DNA of 37,211 nt from Lenisia limosa (Eukaryota; Protista; Breviatea), in assembly GCA_001655205.1 (NCBI GenBank), contig LPNZ01008691.1, forward strand, positions 1 through 37,211, in the 5' to 3' direction. The position numbers were made by a program, and so were the translations under genes. This document shows, piece by piece, positions 1 to 10,501 of the stretch (position 1 is the stretch's first letter; each line of letters opens with the position of its first letter). Under the pieces are notes generated by a model. The model saw only the letters and a list, made by a program, of their open reading frames with translations, had not been told where the DNA came from and did not search any database.

Positions 1-717
1 ATTGTACCAACTGTGAAGCATGGGGGTGGGCGAGTTCTTGTCTGGGGTGCCATTGGCAAATATGGAGTTGGGAAGCTCTACCAAATCAATGGCATTATGA
101 ACAAAGAGTACTACCTCCACAAGATCCTTCATCGACAGGTCAAGCCTTCTTTCGAGGTAAGGTGTTTTAGGTGATGACTGCTGATGGTGACCTTCCTGAA
201 GTACTTTATTTTATCTTTTGTGCAGTTCTATTGAATTAGCGATTGGAAAAAGCTATGATGTTAACTGCCTTGTATGAAATTGAACTTTCAATATTTTGAC
301 CATTTCCTTCAGATGTGCTGCAGCCATGTGACCCTCAGGAATTCCGTTTTTCAACAGGACAATGATCCTAAGCATACTGCTAAGGTCAGTTTGTGTTGAA
401 AAAGATGATCCTACACAGTTTTCAAATGATTTTAATTTTTTTAGATCTGTTTGAAATACTTCAATGATTCTCCGTATACTCTACTTGAATGGCCGGCTCA
501 AAGTCCCGACCTCAACCCCATTGAGCATGCATGGCAACTGCTTGATAACAAACTTCGTGCCTCGAATGTTAAACCGAGCTCTGAATCCGATATGATGGAA
601 AAATTGAAAACTGCTTGGTCTTAAATTACCTCAGATGAGATAAGAAACCTCATTGACTCAATGCCAAGATGCTGTCAGGCTGTGATCAACGCCAAGGGCG
701 GGCCAACGAAATATTAG
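1..717 (+). mobile_element. Tc1/mariner-superfamily DD34E transposase, 3' part, with two spliceosomal introns (157-312, 385-444) and an in-frame TAA at 622-624; probably inactive
   Basis: Spliced translation IVPTVKHGGGRVLVWGAIG...ILHRQVKPSFE/MCCSHVTLRNSVFQQDNDPKHTAK/ICLKYFNDSPYTLLEWPAQSPDLNPIEHAW...AWS*ITSDEIRNLIDSMPRCCQAVINAKGGPTKY*. Contains the Tc1 hallmarks KHGGG-x-V-x-VWG, FQQDNDPKH, WPAQSPDLNPIE and terminal GGPTKY. There are 34 residues between the second D and E. The 5' end is outside the window; the right TIR is probably in the 736-960 gap. Confidence 0.95.
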
Positions 718-1047
718 ACTTTTCGTCGTTTTGATNNNNNNNNNNNNNNNNNNNNNNNNNNNNNNNNNNNNNNNNNNNNNNNNNNNNNNNNNNNNNNNNN
801 NNNNNNNNNNNNNNNNNNNNNNNNNNNNNNNNNNNNNNNNNNNNNNNNNNNNNNNNNNNNNNNNNNNNNNNNNNNNNNNNNNNNNNNNNNNNNNNNNNNN
901 NNNNNNNNNNNNNNNNNNNNNNNNNNNNNNNNNNNNNNNNNNNNNNNNNNNNNNNNNNNNGTCTCATCAAAACACAAGTACACCTTTTGAATAGAATTGA
1001 TGGTGTTTTTAAAGCAAAAAAGAAACAAGGGACCATGCACAGCTCAC

Positions 1048-2740
1048 CTCATCAACAATCAATACCTTGCAACGAAGCCAATTTTTCTATCAAGTTAATA
1101 AGCAAATAGAACGCTAGTACCATGAAAAGTAGGGGGGAAAGACTTGGCTTTGATTGTACCATTCTCCCAAAACAAAAATGAAGCCTCATGGTCAAGACCC
1201 CTCAATGTGACCGTGGAGATGATCTATTTTGGTTTTGGTATTAATCCTCAGATCTGCATTAACAGTTCAAGTTCATTGTAGATATCCTTATTAACTCTCA
1301 CCCTGCTTTTTGGGGACGTAGAGGCCTTCAGTATTATATCGGAACGTTTTCCCTCACAAAGTCCAATGCCAGAGAAACTATGGATCGTTGTGCCTCCAAT
1401 CTTCAAAGGTAATGAAAATGCAAAAGAACATTTTTTTTTGTTTTTTAATGATTCCTCATGTGTTAATTTTGTGTTTTAGAATGATGGAATATATAATAGA
1501 AACATAACAGAGTATATACAGTGACCGGGATAAGTCTTGACCGATTTTCCTTGGCAAATCATATGCAAATCCATCAAGACTTATCCCGGTCACTGTTTTC
1601 TTATTAAGCTCAAGATCTGAGCCCACGTTGACAGCCGCTATTCCGGTGAGGGCAGTTACATAGGTCGCATCAGGCGCGTTTTCAACCAGCATTTTGAGTA
1701 GATGGGACTTGCCAGTTCCTGCTGAACCAGTGCTACAAAAGGCTTTGAGCTTTGGAATGGACAAAGGGTCATAGCAAAGTTATTAACAAAATTGATCAAT
1801 TAGCCAGACCAGCCTCCTACAAAAAAACGTTATGGCCTGCTCGAACGAGGTTCCAGACTTTCTTTTGGTCCTCTGAAAGTGTATTCACAGAGGCAAGGGG
1901 TTTTTCTTTCTCAGACAAGGTCTTCACAGGGGAGTCCTTGAGGGTCAATATTGATGTCTTCAAGATCCTTTCCAGAATGTGAATGGACCAACCAGTGAAT
2001 AGCCAAAAACAAACCTCCATGCGAGCCTTCTTCTCATCCTCAACTACAGGCTCTTCTTCTTCATTCAAGACGGATTGTTGACTACAGAGTCATCATTGTG
2101 CAAGTATTATACCATCTATTTTGAAATAAAAGAAAGCCAAAAACCTCTGTGGTGGTGGCTGGGGCTCGTGCGGTTCCATTGCAGCTTCGGATTCACGGAG
2201 GCAAGTCTCTTCCATTTCAGTCATTTGCTCAACGTGGTCATTATCAATGTCATTAACTGGAGGGTGGAAGGTGGAACTAAATTGTCGGTTTGGGGTGGTC
2301 GCGGAATATTGGGTGGGAATGGGAGAAGGATTGTGACTGGAATACTGTGATATATTTTGAGAGGATATGGCAGAATACTGGGAGAAGTTGTGTGGAGGAC
2401 TGGGAGCAGAAAACTGTGAGAGATGTTGTGGGGGTTTGGGAGCGGGAGGTGAGTTGATATGCGGCGGAGCTGAGGGTCTAAAACAGCCCTGTTGCTGATT
2501 CATTCTGTTTGTATGAGCCATTACGTTGATCGGCTTAACGGCTGAGTACAGTGGATCTAGCCCCAGTTGACGCCACGGAAGTGGCGGCGGAGGTCTATGG
2601 TGGTTCTCTTGTGTGATGTTGAAGCAATTTAACGGCCAAAGCGGCTCATCAGCTTCAGTGTAGTAGTTGGTCACGCCTGTTCGGATCCATCCTAATGCAT
2701 TATGAAGAGGGGCTCTCAAAGGGAACGCTCCCCTTAGATT
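1048..2740 (-). CDS. PIF1: Pif1-family 5'-3' DNA helicase, N-terminal and motif I-II exons (3' part lost in the gap or outside the window)
   Basis: Spliced exons give LSEDQKKVWNLVRAGHNVFF/TGSAGTGKSHLL (Walker A), YVTALTGIAAVN/IGGTTIHSFSGIGL (motifs Ia/Ib) and KNWLRCKVLIVDE (Walker B). All joins are GT-AG and in frame, and splice to the S/P/Q-rich exon of ORF 2093-2719. The motifs are of the cellular Pif1 type. Confidence 0.9.
1519..1595. mobile_element. 77-bp MITE-like foldback with perfect 22-bp terminal inverted repeats, inside a Pif1 intron
   Basis: CAGTGACCGGGATAAGTCTTGA (1519-1540) is the exact reverse complement of TCAAGACTTATCCCGGTCACTG (1574-1595), with a 33-nt spacer. It begins TA|CAGTG as Tc1-type ends do; the right flank is TT rather than TA. 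Confidence 0.75.
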
Positions 2741-2969
2741 ATAAAAAATTCTAGCAAAATGTCAATATCATAAAAGTGTATCTCAATTCATTGAGGATTT
2801 ATAAAAGTATTTTCGCAATCCAAAGCACTGACCAAACACAGTATATTATTCGGTAACAATAATATGATATAATGAAACAAATCATTTGTTGATTTCAGAA
2901 ATAAACTGTCAGTAAGCTCAAACATAGTTTAAGTTCTAATACTAATTGCACAGAGTCCCCAAAAAGGTT

Positions 2970-3860
2970 ACATCTCCAACCTGTTTGATTGTGTGCTGTT
3001 GGTCTGTTCAATTTCAGAGATGGGACGCTCCCGTTCTTAAAGGTAAAAAAAAAAGCAACGCTGATTCTTCATTCAAATGAAAAAGGGTGCTGCGGTAATA
3101 ATACTCAAGCACATTCAACACAAGGCAGCTCAACACCCGAAGCTCACATCTAGATCAGAGCCGTCAGTAGCGGAGTCAGTATCGCTGCAGTCCGAATCGC
3201 TACTGGTTACAAAAAAACCATCTTGTGAATGACAACCGTTATTAGTTACAGTTCCGCAAAATTGACCAACATTGGCTAAATTGAATATTCTATTTTGGTA
3301 GAGCATACTGATATCAAGTGCAATTTATAATATTACATTCCGTCACCCTGGGTGGCAAACCTCAACACAATAGTCTCGCTTGTTCTTTTTGGATGGGAAA
3401 AGATCTTAACGTCATCAGAAGAGTCGGTGTCGCTCTCGAACGCAGGGACTGTACCCACTGACCTTGGTGCGTTCATGTTATTGTTGGAATAGTAGTATCC
3501 CCCTTGGAGGTTGTTTGCGTTGTTGAAATTACCATAGGGGTAATTGTTACAGGTCATGATCGAGCTCACGGAGGTTGAGGAAGCTTCACCTGCTCTCTGA
3601 TTGTTTCCTCATCATATTCCATTTATTATTATTTAAGCATTATTATACTGCAAGAATAGGAGTTGGAAAGGAGGGAAGAGGCCCAACAAAACGAGTCCTA
3701 TAAGAGGACCTAAGTTCCTACGTAACCCCATGTATCTCATTTTCTCTTCATCCCCTTTCACCCCCCTTTCAACCAACCTAATAGTTGCCATTAAAATCAA
3801 TTTATACGTATATATATATATATATATACCGCAGAAAAAGAAAGGATACCCCCTCCCCAT
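2970..3860 (-). CDS. Probable coding exons (N/Y-rich and acidic), either the far N-terminus of the Pif1 gene or a small separate gene
   Basis: ORF 3333-3569 (NNYPYGNFNNANNLQGGYYYSNNNMN...ESDTDSSDD) can splice GT-AG in phase to an acidic exon near 3147-3201 (SDSDCSDTDSATDGSDLD). The onward connection to the Pif1 exon at about 2740 and the start codon were not resolved. Confidence 0.45.
3809..3828. repeat. (TA)10 microsatellite
   Basis: Read directly. Confidence 0.9.
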
Positions 3861-3935
3861 TCCCTCTAAATGTTAACCTTTGATGTTTCAAAGAGGAGTT
3901 GAGCAACAACAATCTTAGATACCCTCAAAGGCACT

Positions 3936-6900
3936 ATGGAAACCCTCGCGCGTTCCATCCAGTTCACGCAAAAAGCAACATTGAAGATTCCTGCTAGGTA
4001 AGCCAGACTTTATTTTTTGACATGAACAGGCCCGCGTCCACTCGCTCTGTTCCTATCATCGAAGGAGCAAGGGCAAAAACGGTCCCAGTCGTTCTTTTGT
4101 ATATTCGCGAACACCAGGTTTGCCCTCAACTACATCTTCCTTCAGAACAGTCCTCTTTCGCTGGATATAATTCCCTCTAATTTACCGTTGACAGTTGATT
4201 GTGACTGGGACGCAAGATGGACAGATTATTGTCTTCCGTCGACGCCAAGATATGGCATCCGCATCGGTTGTGTTCCAAGTACCAGGCCATAACGTGAGCT
4301 TCAATCTGAAGTTTTGTTACAAGGAATCTTCTTCATCCATACCATAACCAATATCCATACAATAGTATAATATCTGCAACATGTCCATGAGCTTACTGGC
4401 ACTTTAGGGACCAATCACATGTCTGCACTTCTGCACTGAATTTAATCTGATTCTCAGCGGATCTGCAGATCGCACTGTCAAAGGTGGGGAGTGAGATACG
4501 GGTGTGTCTGAGTATAATATGAATTACATAATACGTAGTATGAATTATATACAAATAACACAGAAGAATATATCAATAAACCAATGAGCTTGTCTGTTCA
4601 GATGTTATTGGAGTTCTTTTAAGTGGATTTCTTTGATGTCATTAGCTTGGGACCCCTTTGCTAAGACAGATGGTACTCCACACCAAGGTTGGCTGAGTAA
4701 CTGAATTTAAACTTCTTTGATATTATCAGAAACAGGAATCAGGGGGAAGCGAATAATATTGTGTGGTGTTCTAACATTTTAGCGGTGACTACTCTTGTTG
4801 GTCATGGCGGCACAGTCACATCTGGTGAGGGGGGGGGCTAAGGCTTCGATACAGTTCCAAAAACATGAATCCTCGGTAAATACTGGGAGCACAGGGAAGC
4901 CCTAAATTTTAAATGCTGGAAATTATAATATATCATATATAGTATATCATATGCATATGTACACTACTTGAATTTCTCAATTTCTTGTTGTTAAACCGTT
5001 TCTACTTTCATATTACGGTAAACAATGAAATTCCCCGTTTGGTCAGAACCCAAGAACGCATTTGACCAGATAGTGGCGTCAATCGGCGAGTTTGTCTGCT
5101 CTTCTTCCACAGATCGAACGGTGCGCGTGTGGCGCTCCTCTGCCGCTACCCGTACCATTCTCTACCCAACTTACGCCAGCTATCAGACCCTGACGTTCCC
5201 AACGTGAGCTCATGGACTGCAGCTAGTATTTTTTTTTGGTTTATACTAGATCTTTGACGGGATGTTATTGAAACATTGAAAACACCTTATTTCATAGTTG
5301 GATCACTTGCTTGGATTTCGCCAGAGTGTCAAAGGTAAGCCTTTCATTTATTTCTCATTAACATCAAATACACTGCCTGTCTATATCGTTCTCAGATCTT
5401 TCTTGTCTTTACAGTATTGAATATGGTATTTTAGGTTGGAGTTGTGGCTGAGCTGTACTGCGGAGATGATGAAGGCAATGTGCACTCATTTGGTCTGGCG
5501 TCGGGATACAAAGGTCAGAGAGGTCTCATCAATAACGAGTCTTTTTTGGAATGAAATGCAACCCTGGTGTTGATACAGTGCTCAATCCCGAAAAAGACGG
5601 ATTGTCAAAATAATATCATCCTTTCCAACACGTGAGGCGGCAACCATCTGATTCCTCCTGACACTTTAGTTGACGATGTGATGAAATTTTCTCTTCGGAA
5701 GTCGCTAATGGACTATCACCACCAGGGCATCACCTCAATGACGTTCGTGTCGAGGGAGGGATTCCTTTTTACCGCGTCTTATGATCTTACAAGTCTGTCT
5801 GGCGGTCTCGATGCTGTCTTCATTTATCTCATTGTACTCACTTTTTAACGCATTTATATCATTGTACTCACTTTTTAACGCGTTTATCTCATTGAGCTAA
5901 GTTGAAATCTTTAATCATTAAACGGCTTCAGTCCGAGTAATGAACACAATGTCGCTCACTCGTGGCCCGGTGACGCTCAACCCCCACCAAGCACGCTTTA
6001 TGTCCCTTGATTGGTGCCCGGATGCCAAGGTTTGCTCACTGAGTGGCAGAGTATTTTATACTCTTGGTACTGTGCATGAAATATTACATGGGCTCGAACC
6101 AATTCTTGATTAGTCGTTCTCATGTTTTAACAAACAAGTAGAAATGGTCCTCCTGTTCCCTCTTTGTTACGTTTCACCCTTTACAGGAGATTTGTGCGGT
6201 CGATTCTAAAGGCTGGGTGTTTCTGTGGAGCCGTCAGGTTGGTTGCTGCGCTGGATTTTGACAGTTTTGTGTTGAGTTATTGATTTTTTCCTGTCTAGGT
6301 TGAAAGGCTGATTGCGAGTGAAAGGCTGTCTAAAGAAACGGTTCCTTCCATCGTCTTCCTTTCATTGTTTGGGGGCTTATATACAAATGTAGATGTAAAG
6401 TCCATTTGGTCAAGTTGCTCTTCTGATTAATGCTATTCAGAAGTGCGAGTCGGGCTGGGGGAAACGTGATTGAAGGAGGAGAGGAAGTAGCAATGATTCG
6501 AGGAGACATTATTGAGGTATGTTAGCATAGTGCTAGTAGGGCTTCCCTATCAGACTATGTTTCTCTATAATTTCTCTATAATTTCTCGATAACTATCAAT
6601 ATTGTACCGGCCTTAGTTACTGATAATCTATGACGACGTCTTTCAGCTCGCCAAATAAAGATTTAGAGTTGGGCAGTGGAGCGGACTACTGAATTTCGAG
6701 AGTTCAAGGGGCACATTGGACCTGTCGTCGACATCGCCGTTGTGGAGACACTGGACAAATACAGCTCAGTGGTGTACAGTGCGGGTTGCGAGGACGGAAT
6801 CCGAAGATGGGAGGCGTATGACATGGCGTGTCGTAACCTTGTCCCCGAGCACGACTCTGAAACGACTTGCATTGCTGTTTTCCAGCCTTCTTCCACTGCG

Positions 6901-8678
6901 TAGGAAAGATCATTGCTAAATTATGTCTTCATATAACAAACTTAACTTTTTAGAATTGGAGACGTAGCCTCGGGATTGGAAAGCGGCGACATTAAACTTT
7001 GGCCGCAGGGCGGTGCCAGAGGTAGGTGCTGCTTGTAAATAAGCTTTTTGAAACATATTCTTAGCAATAGTCCATCATGGGTGAACATATATTACTATGG
7101 GGTGTAATCTACAATGACCCTGTTAAGTATCACTGCCCGTCTCAACAATTTTAGAGCATGGAATGGTGCTGAAAGCCCATAGCAACACAGTCACTGCACT
7201 TCACTCGTCAATTTTTGATGACCAGCCAGTTCTCTTCTCTGGTATGTTTCGCTGATAGGTCCGTTCTAAAATGCAGAAATTGATTTTCAATTGAGTGATA
7301 TTCATGCATGTGATACTCCAAAATTATATATGTGTATGTATATACTGACGTTTTAGTTTCGTTTGATGGCACTTTGGCTGCATGGGTGATTAACCGGTTA
7401 TCTGCGGATGAGGACCCTTTTCTCTTTATTGAGTATGCTGGAGTTGGCTTAGCATTAAGATCTTGATGGGAAAAGAAAATTGAACTTGGAGTATAAAAAA
7501 AGTATCATTTTCTCTTTTGACTGTCATTTACCTTGTAATATATATTATCATATACTATATTTATTACAATATAAGATTACGAAAACTTACCCTTCTCAGG
7601 GCTGATGAGGGCGAAATTCTCTGTGTATGCCACATCCCCGTTGTTGGCGCTGTTTTCACTGCAGGCAACTTGGGACTAATAAGGGTTGGGGGGTGGGGGC
7701 AACAGGGGTAAATTCAGGCGTAGTTCTTTTTTTTCGTATTCAATTTTCTATTTACGAAGAATAACCCCTCTTCAGGCGTGGAGAGTGGAGGATGGTGTGC
7801 TACTGGGCGTTTTGGAGGGCCACGGTGCAGGTAGGCGTTTCATTGCCAAGTCATTTTTAGCGGTGACGTCGATGTGCAATGATGGAAACTTCCTTATCAG
7901 TGGTTGTGAAGACGGAATTATTAAAATCTGGGACGCCTACAGGTAATTTGGCTGTTGTTGTCAACTTTTCAGCATGGTTGGATTGTCTGAAGTTCGAGGA
8001 CATCGTGAAGCAATTACAGCCCTCATTTGCATTGCACCCGGGATTGTGGTGTCTGCAGCCGGAGGTGGGGGGGGGGGGTTGNNNNNNNNNNNNNNNNNNN
8101 NNNNNNNNNNNNNNNNNNNNNNNNNNNNNNNNNNNNNNNNNNNNNNNNNNNNNNNNNNNNNNNNNNNNNNNNNNNNNNNNNNNNNNNNNNNNNNNNNNNN
8201 NGTCAAGAATTAACTATTTAGGAACCGTGAAAGTGTGGAACTATACAAACAAAAAGGTGAGAAGGCTGGGAAAATATTAACGTATGGCTGGCTATATGAA
8301 AGCGGAAAACATGCTCTTTCTAGCACTATTGGGTCGGGATGATGAATGCCTGGGACTATTGGTCAATCCTTAGCTCTTGTCGCAATCAAACCACAAAGTG
8401 GACATTCGGTGTTTGGCGGCTCTACAGTCTCAAAGACTCATTCTGGCTGGAACTCAGCAGGTGCGTCTTGGGGGATTTTGTCATATTTACCATTTCAGGA
8501 TATTTGTAATTTGGCTGTATTATTATTATTATTATTTATATTACTATCATTACTACAGGCCTCACTCTTAATTATTCCGTACCCTTCTGTCGTCGCTGAT
8601 GTTCAACCATCAACAACGCCCATGACTCCCGTCGTCCCCCTTCGTATGGCTTCTCTGGTTTCCTTCCACTTCCTATGA
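3936..8678 (+). CDS. Large multi-exon WD40-repeat protein (probably more than one propeller)
   Basis: ATG at 3936. Spliced repeats include LIVTGTQDGQIIVF, GHNGPITCLHF...LILSGSADRTVKAWD, GHGGTVTSVASIGEFVCSSSTDRTVRVW, FKGHIGPVVDI, AVTSMCNDGNFLISGCEDGIIKIWD and GHREAITAL. Last exon ends FHFL* at 8678. One gap (8082-8191) lies in an intron. Confidence 0.85.
5821..5894. repeat. 30-bp tandem repeat, about 2.5 copies, intronic
   Basis: CATTTATCTCATTGTACTCACTTTTTAACG / CATTTATATCATTGTACTCACTTTTTAACG / CGTTTATCTCATTG. Confidence 0.9.
6560..6592. repeat. 11-bp tandem repeat x3, intronic
   Basis: TTTCTCTATAA TTTCTCTATAA TTTCTCGATAA. Confidence 0.85.
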
Positions 8679-8846
8679 TGATGATTATTATGATGATGAT
8701 TCTTATTTATATTTATCGTTTTGTTCTTTCTTGTACTGTTTTCAAGGTTGTTTATCACTTTTACATTGACTTGTTGTTTAGAACCTCTGCTCTCAAAAGC
8801 CCAAAAAAAGTTGGTTGAATGTAACTTTAAATCTTTGGTCAATCCT

Positions 8847-10350
8847 TTATTTTGGCCAAGCCAGGTACCACTCGATTATCTACTATTAGTCAAGCTTTTT
8901 TAACACCATTTCAGTTACGGTTCTCCCATTGTCAAATCGCAGTCTTCCCAAGCCCCAACAAGTAAGCCCGTTTGCGGTCATTCATTTACCGTTAGAACCG
9001 ATTGCCGGAATCCAACGTGCCCAATCCATGGCAGGTCTGACTCGAGAACAGTCCACTGCTGCTCTCTCTGTGAGGGGTGTATTATTTTTCACCGCCTTAG
9101 ATGATCTAAGTTTCTGGACCCCCCCCCCCCCCNNNNNNNNNNNNNNNNNNNNNNNNNNNNNNNNNNNNNNNNNNNNNNNNNNNNNNNNNNNNNNNNNNNN
9201 NNNNNNNNNNCACTATTGACCGCGTTCAGGCGTCAAGACGTTTTAGAGCGCAACTCACGCGCTCCACCGCCACCATGCTCAAGGTCATGCCTGGTGAAAT
9301 CGAGTTCAGCCCGCGCAAACCGTCCACGCTGGCGCTCAAAATCTTCCCTAGTCTTCAAATGGCCAGCTCACCAAATATGCTTGACTCCTCAGACGGTAGG
9401 GGACATTTCATCTAATTGTGATAACTGTCCAGTTGACTGCTCTTCCCATCGTTATTGTTTCTAAATGTTGATACAATCACAACACCTAGCACTTTCCAGT
9501 GCATTCCTATCAGTTACAGATACGGCAAATGTGATAGCTCAGAAAGGTTATCTCATTATTTAGAATTAGCACAGTCACCAATGCACCCACCTAAACCGAA
9601 CCTCACTCCGAGCCCTCTATCTTCCATCCCTCTTGGTTTTATGGGAGCAACATTTTATTGAAATTTCCTGAATTTCAACATAATATGATGGGAAGGAAAG
9701 CCTGTTTGACCCTTTAGCTGCCAGCTCTCCGCTTGCCACCGAGGCTCAAATGCAGAGTACCCAGGATGACCGTAAGCCGAATGGATTTCTTCGCAGGGCC
9801 TAGGTTTAACAATTCAGTCTTTCTTGTTCCAAAATGAACCCCAGGCCCTAAACATTTTGACGACTTTAGAAGTACATAAACGAGCAGCAGTGCGGGCTGC
9901 TCCCACTGCCAGGATTCTGCAAAACTCTCCTGCAGGTTGGACTGGACTCTTATCCGTGTCACAAGTGGTTCAAAAGGGAACATATGGAGAATCTGCTTCA
10001 GTTTAGGGGTTGAGGAATTTCCTCTTTTTGTTATCATAATCCCCAGCTCTGTAACAGTTTTCTTACACCATGATGTATTAGGTGTTCGAAAACCCCGACA
10101 GCCTATTCTCAATCAAAAGACCTGAAGATGTCTAGATGAAACTCAAAGATGGAACAAAATTATTTAAGTCAAGGAGCCGTGACTGAGTATTATCTTGGCT
10201 GCTGTTGTTGGAATGTACAGTGAATTAGGATTTGGAAACAGTGCACTTTGTAATGTACCTAGTCAATATAGTAATTATAAAATAAATATGTAGAGCGGGC
10301 GGGTGTAGGTGCAAACAAGATCACCCAGATCACCCAGATCACCCATTCAA
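8847..10350 (-). CDS. Multi-exon protein of unknown function
   Basis: GT-AG exon chain giving TLQSALFPNPNSLYIPTTAAKIIL..., PCEEIHSAYGHPGYSAFEPRWQAESWQLK, GWKIEGLG/MKCPLPSEESSIF/GKILSASVDGLRGLNSISPG, and after the gap WTVLESDLPWIGHVGFRQSVLT/IIEWYLAWPK*. Reading frames of several exons are ambiguous and no family is recognised. Confidence 0.5.
10319..10345. repeat. 9-bp tandem repeat x3 (GATCACCCA)
   Basis: Read directly; lies at the presumed start or first intron of the minus-strand unknown gene. Confidence 0.8.
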
Positions 10351-10501
10351 AAGGAAAGGATCGTGCTGATCACCTAACCTTTATTGTTGAAAAAATCGCC
10401 CCTCTTACTCTCTTTCAACACTAAATAGATAGAAAGTTATAATTAAGTTGAAGAACACGAGAAAAATTGGTGAAAAGAGGCCACGGCAGAAGACCAGCAG
10501 A

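Noticed and set aside
622-624. In-frame TAA in the transposase as evidence of a reassigned stop codon (TAA=Gln)
   Set aside because: RFT1 and the second WD40 gene end at TAA, EMC3 at TAG and ELP2 at TGA. A nonsense mutation in a dead element is simpler.
686-1040. ORFs spanning N-runs here and at the other gaps
   Set aside because: Artefacts of translating Ns without stops.
1048-2740. Pif1 as part of a Helitron
   Set aside because: Motifs (FFTGSAGTGKS, GIAAVNIGGTTIHSF) are of the cellular type and no HUH/Rep domain precedes the helicase.
3841-3849. Perfect U12-type donor GTATCCTTT on the minus strand after MGRG
   Set aside because: No CCTTAAC-like branch point near a usable acceptor, and one 9-mer hit in about 74 kb of both strands is unremarkable.
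8969-8989. Possible non-canonical 21-nt GT-CG intron giving SVLTGLLVGAWE
   Set aside because: A canonical GT-AG intron from the same donor gives a sensible ending (SVLT/IIEWYLAWPK*).
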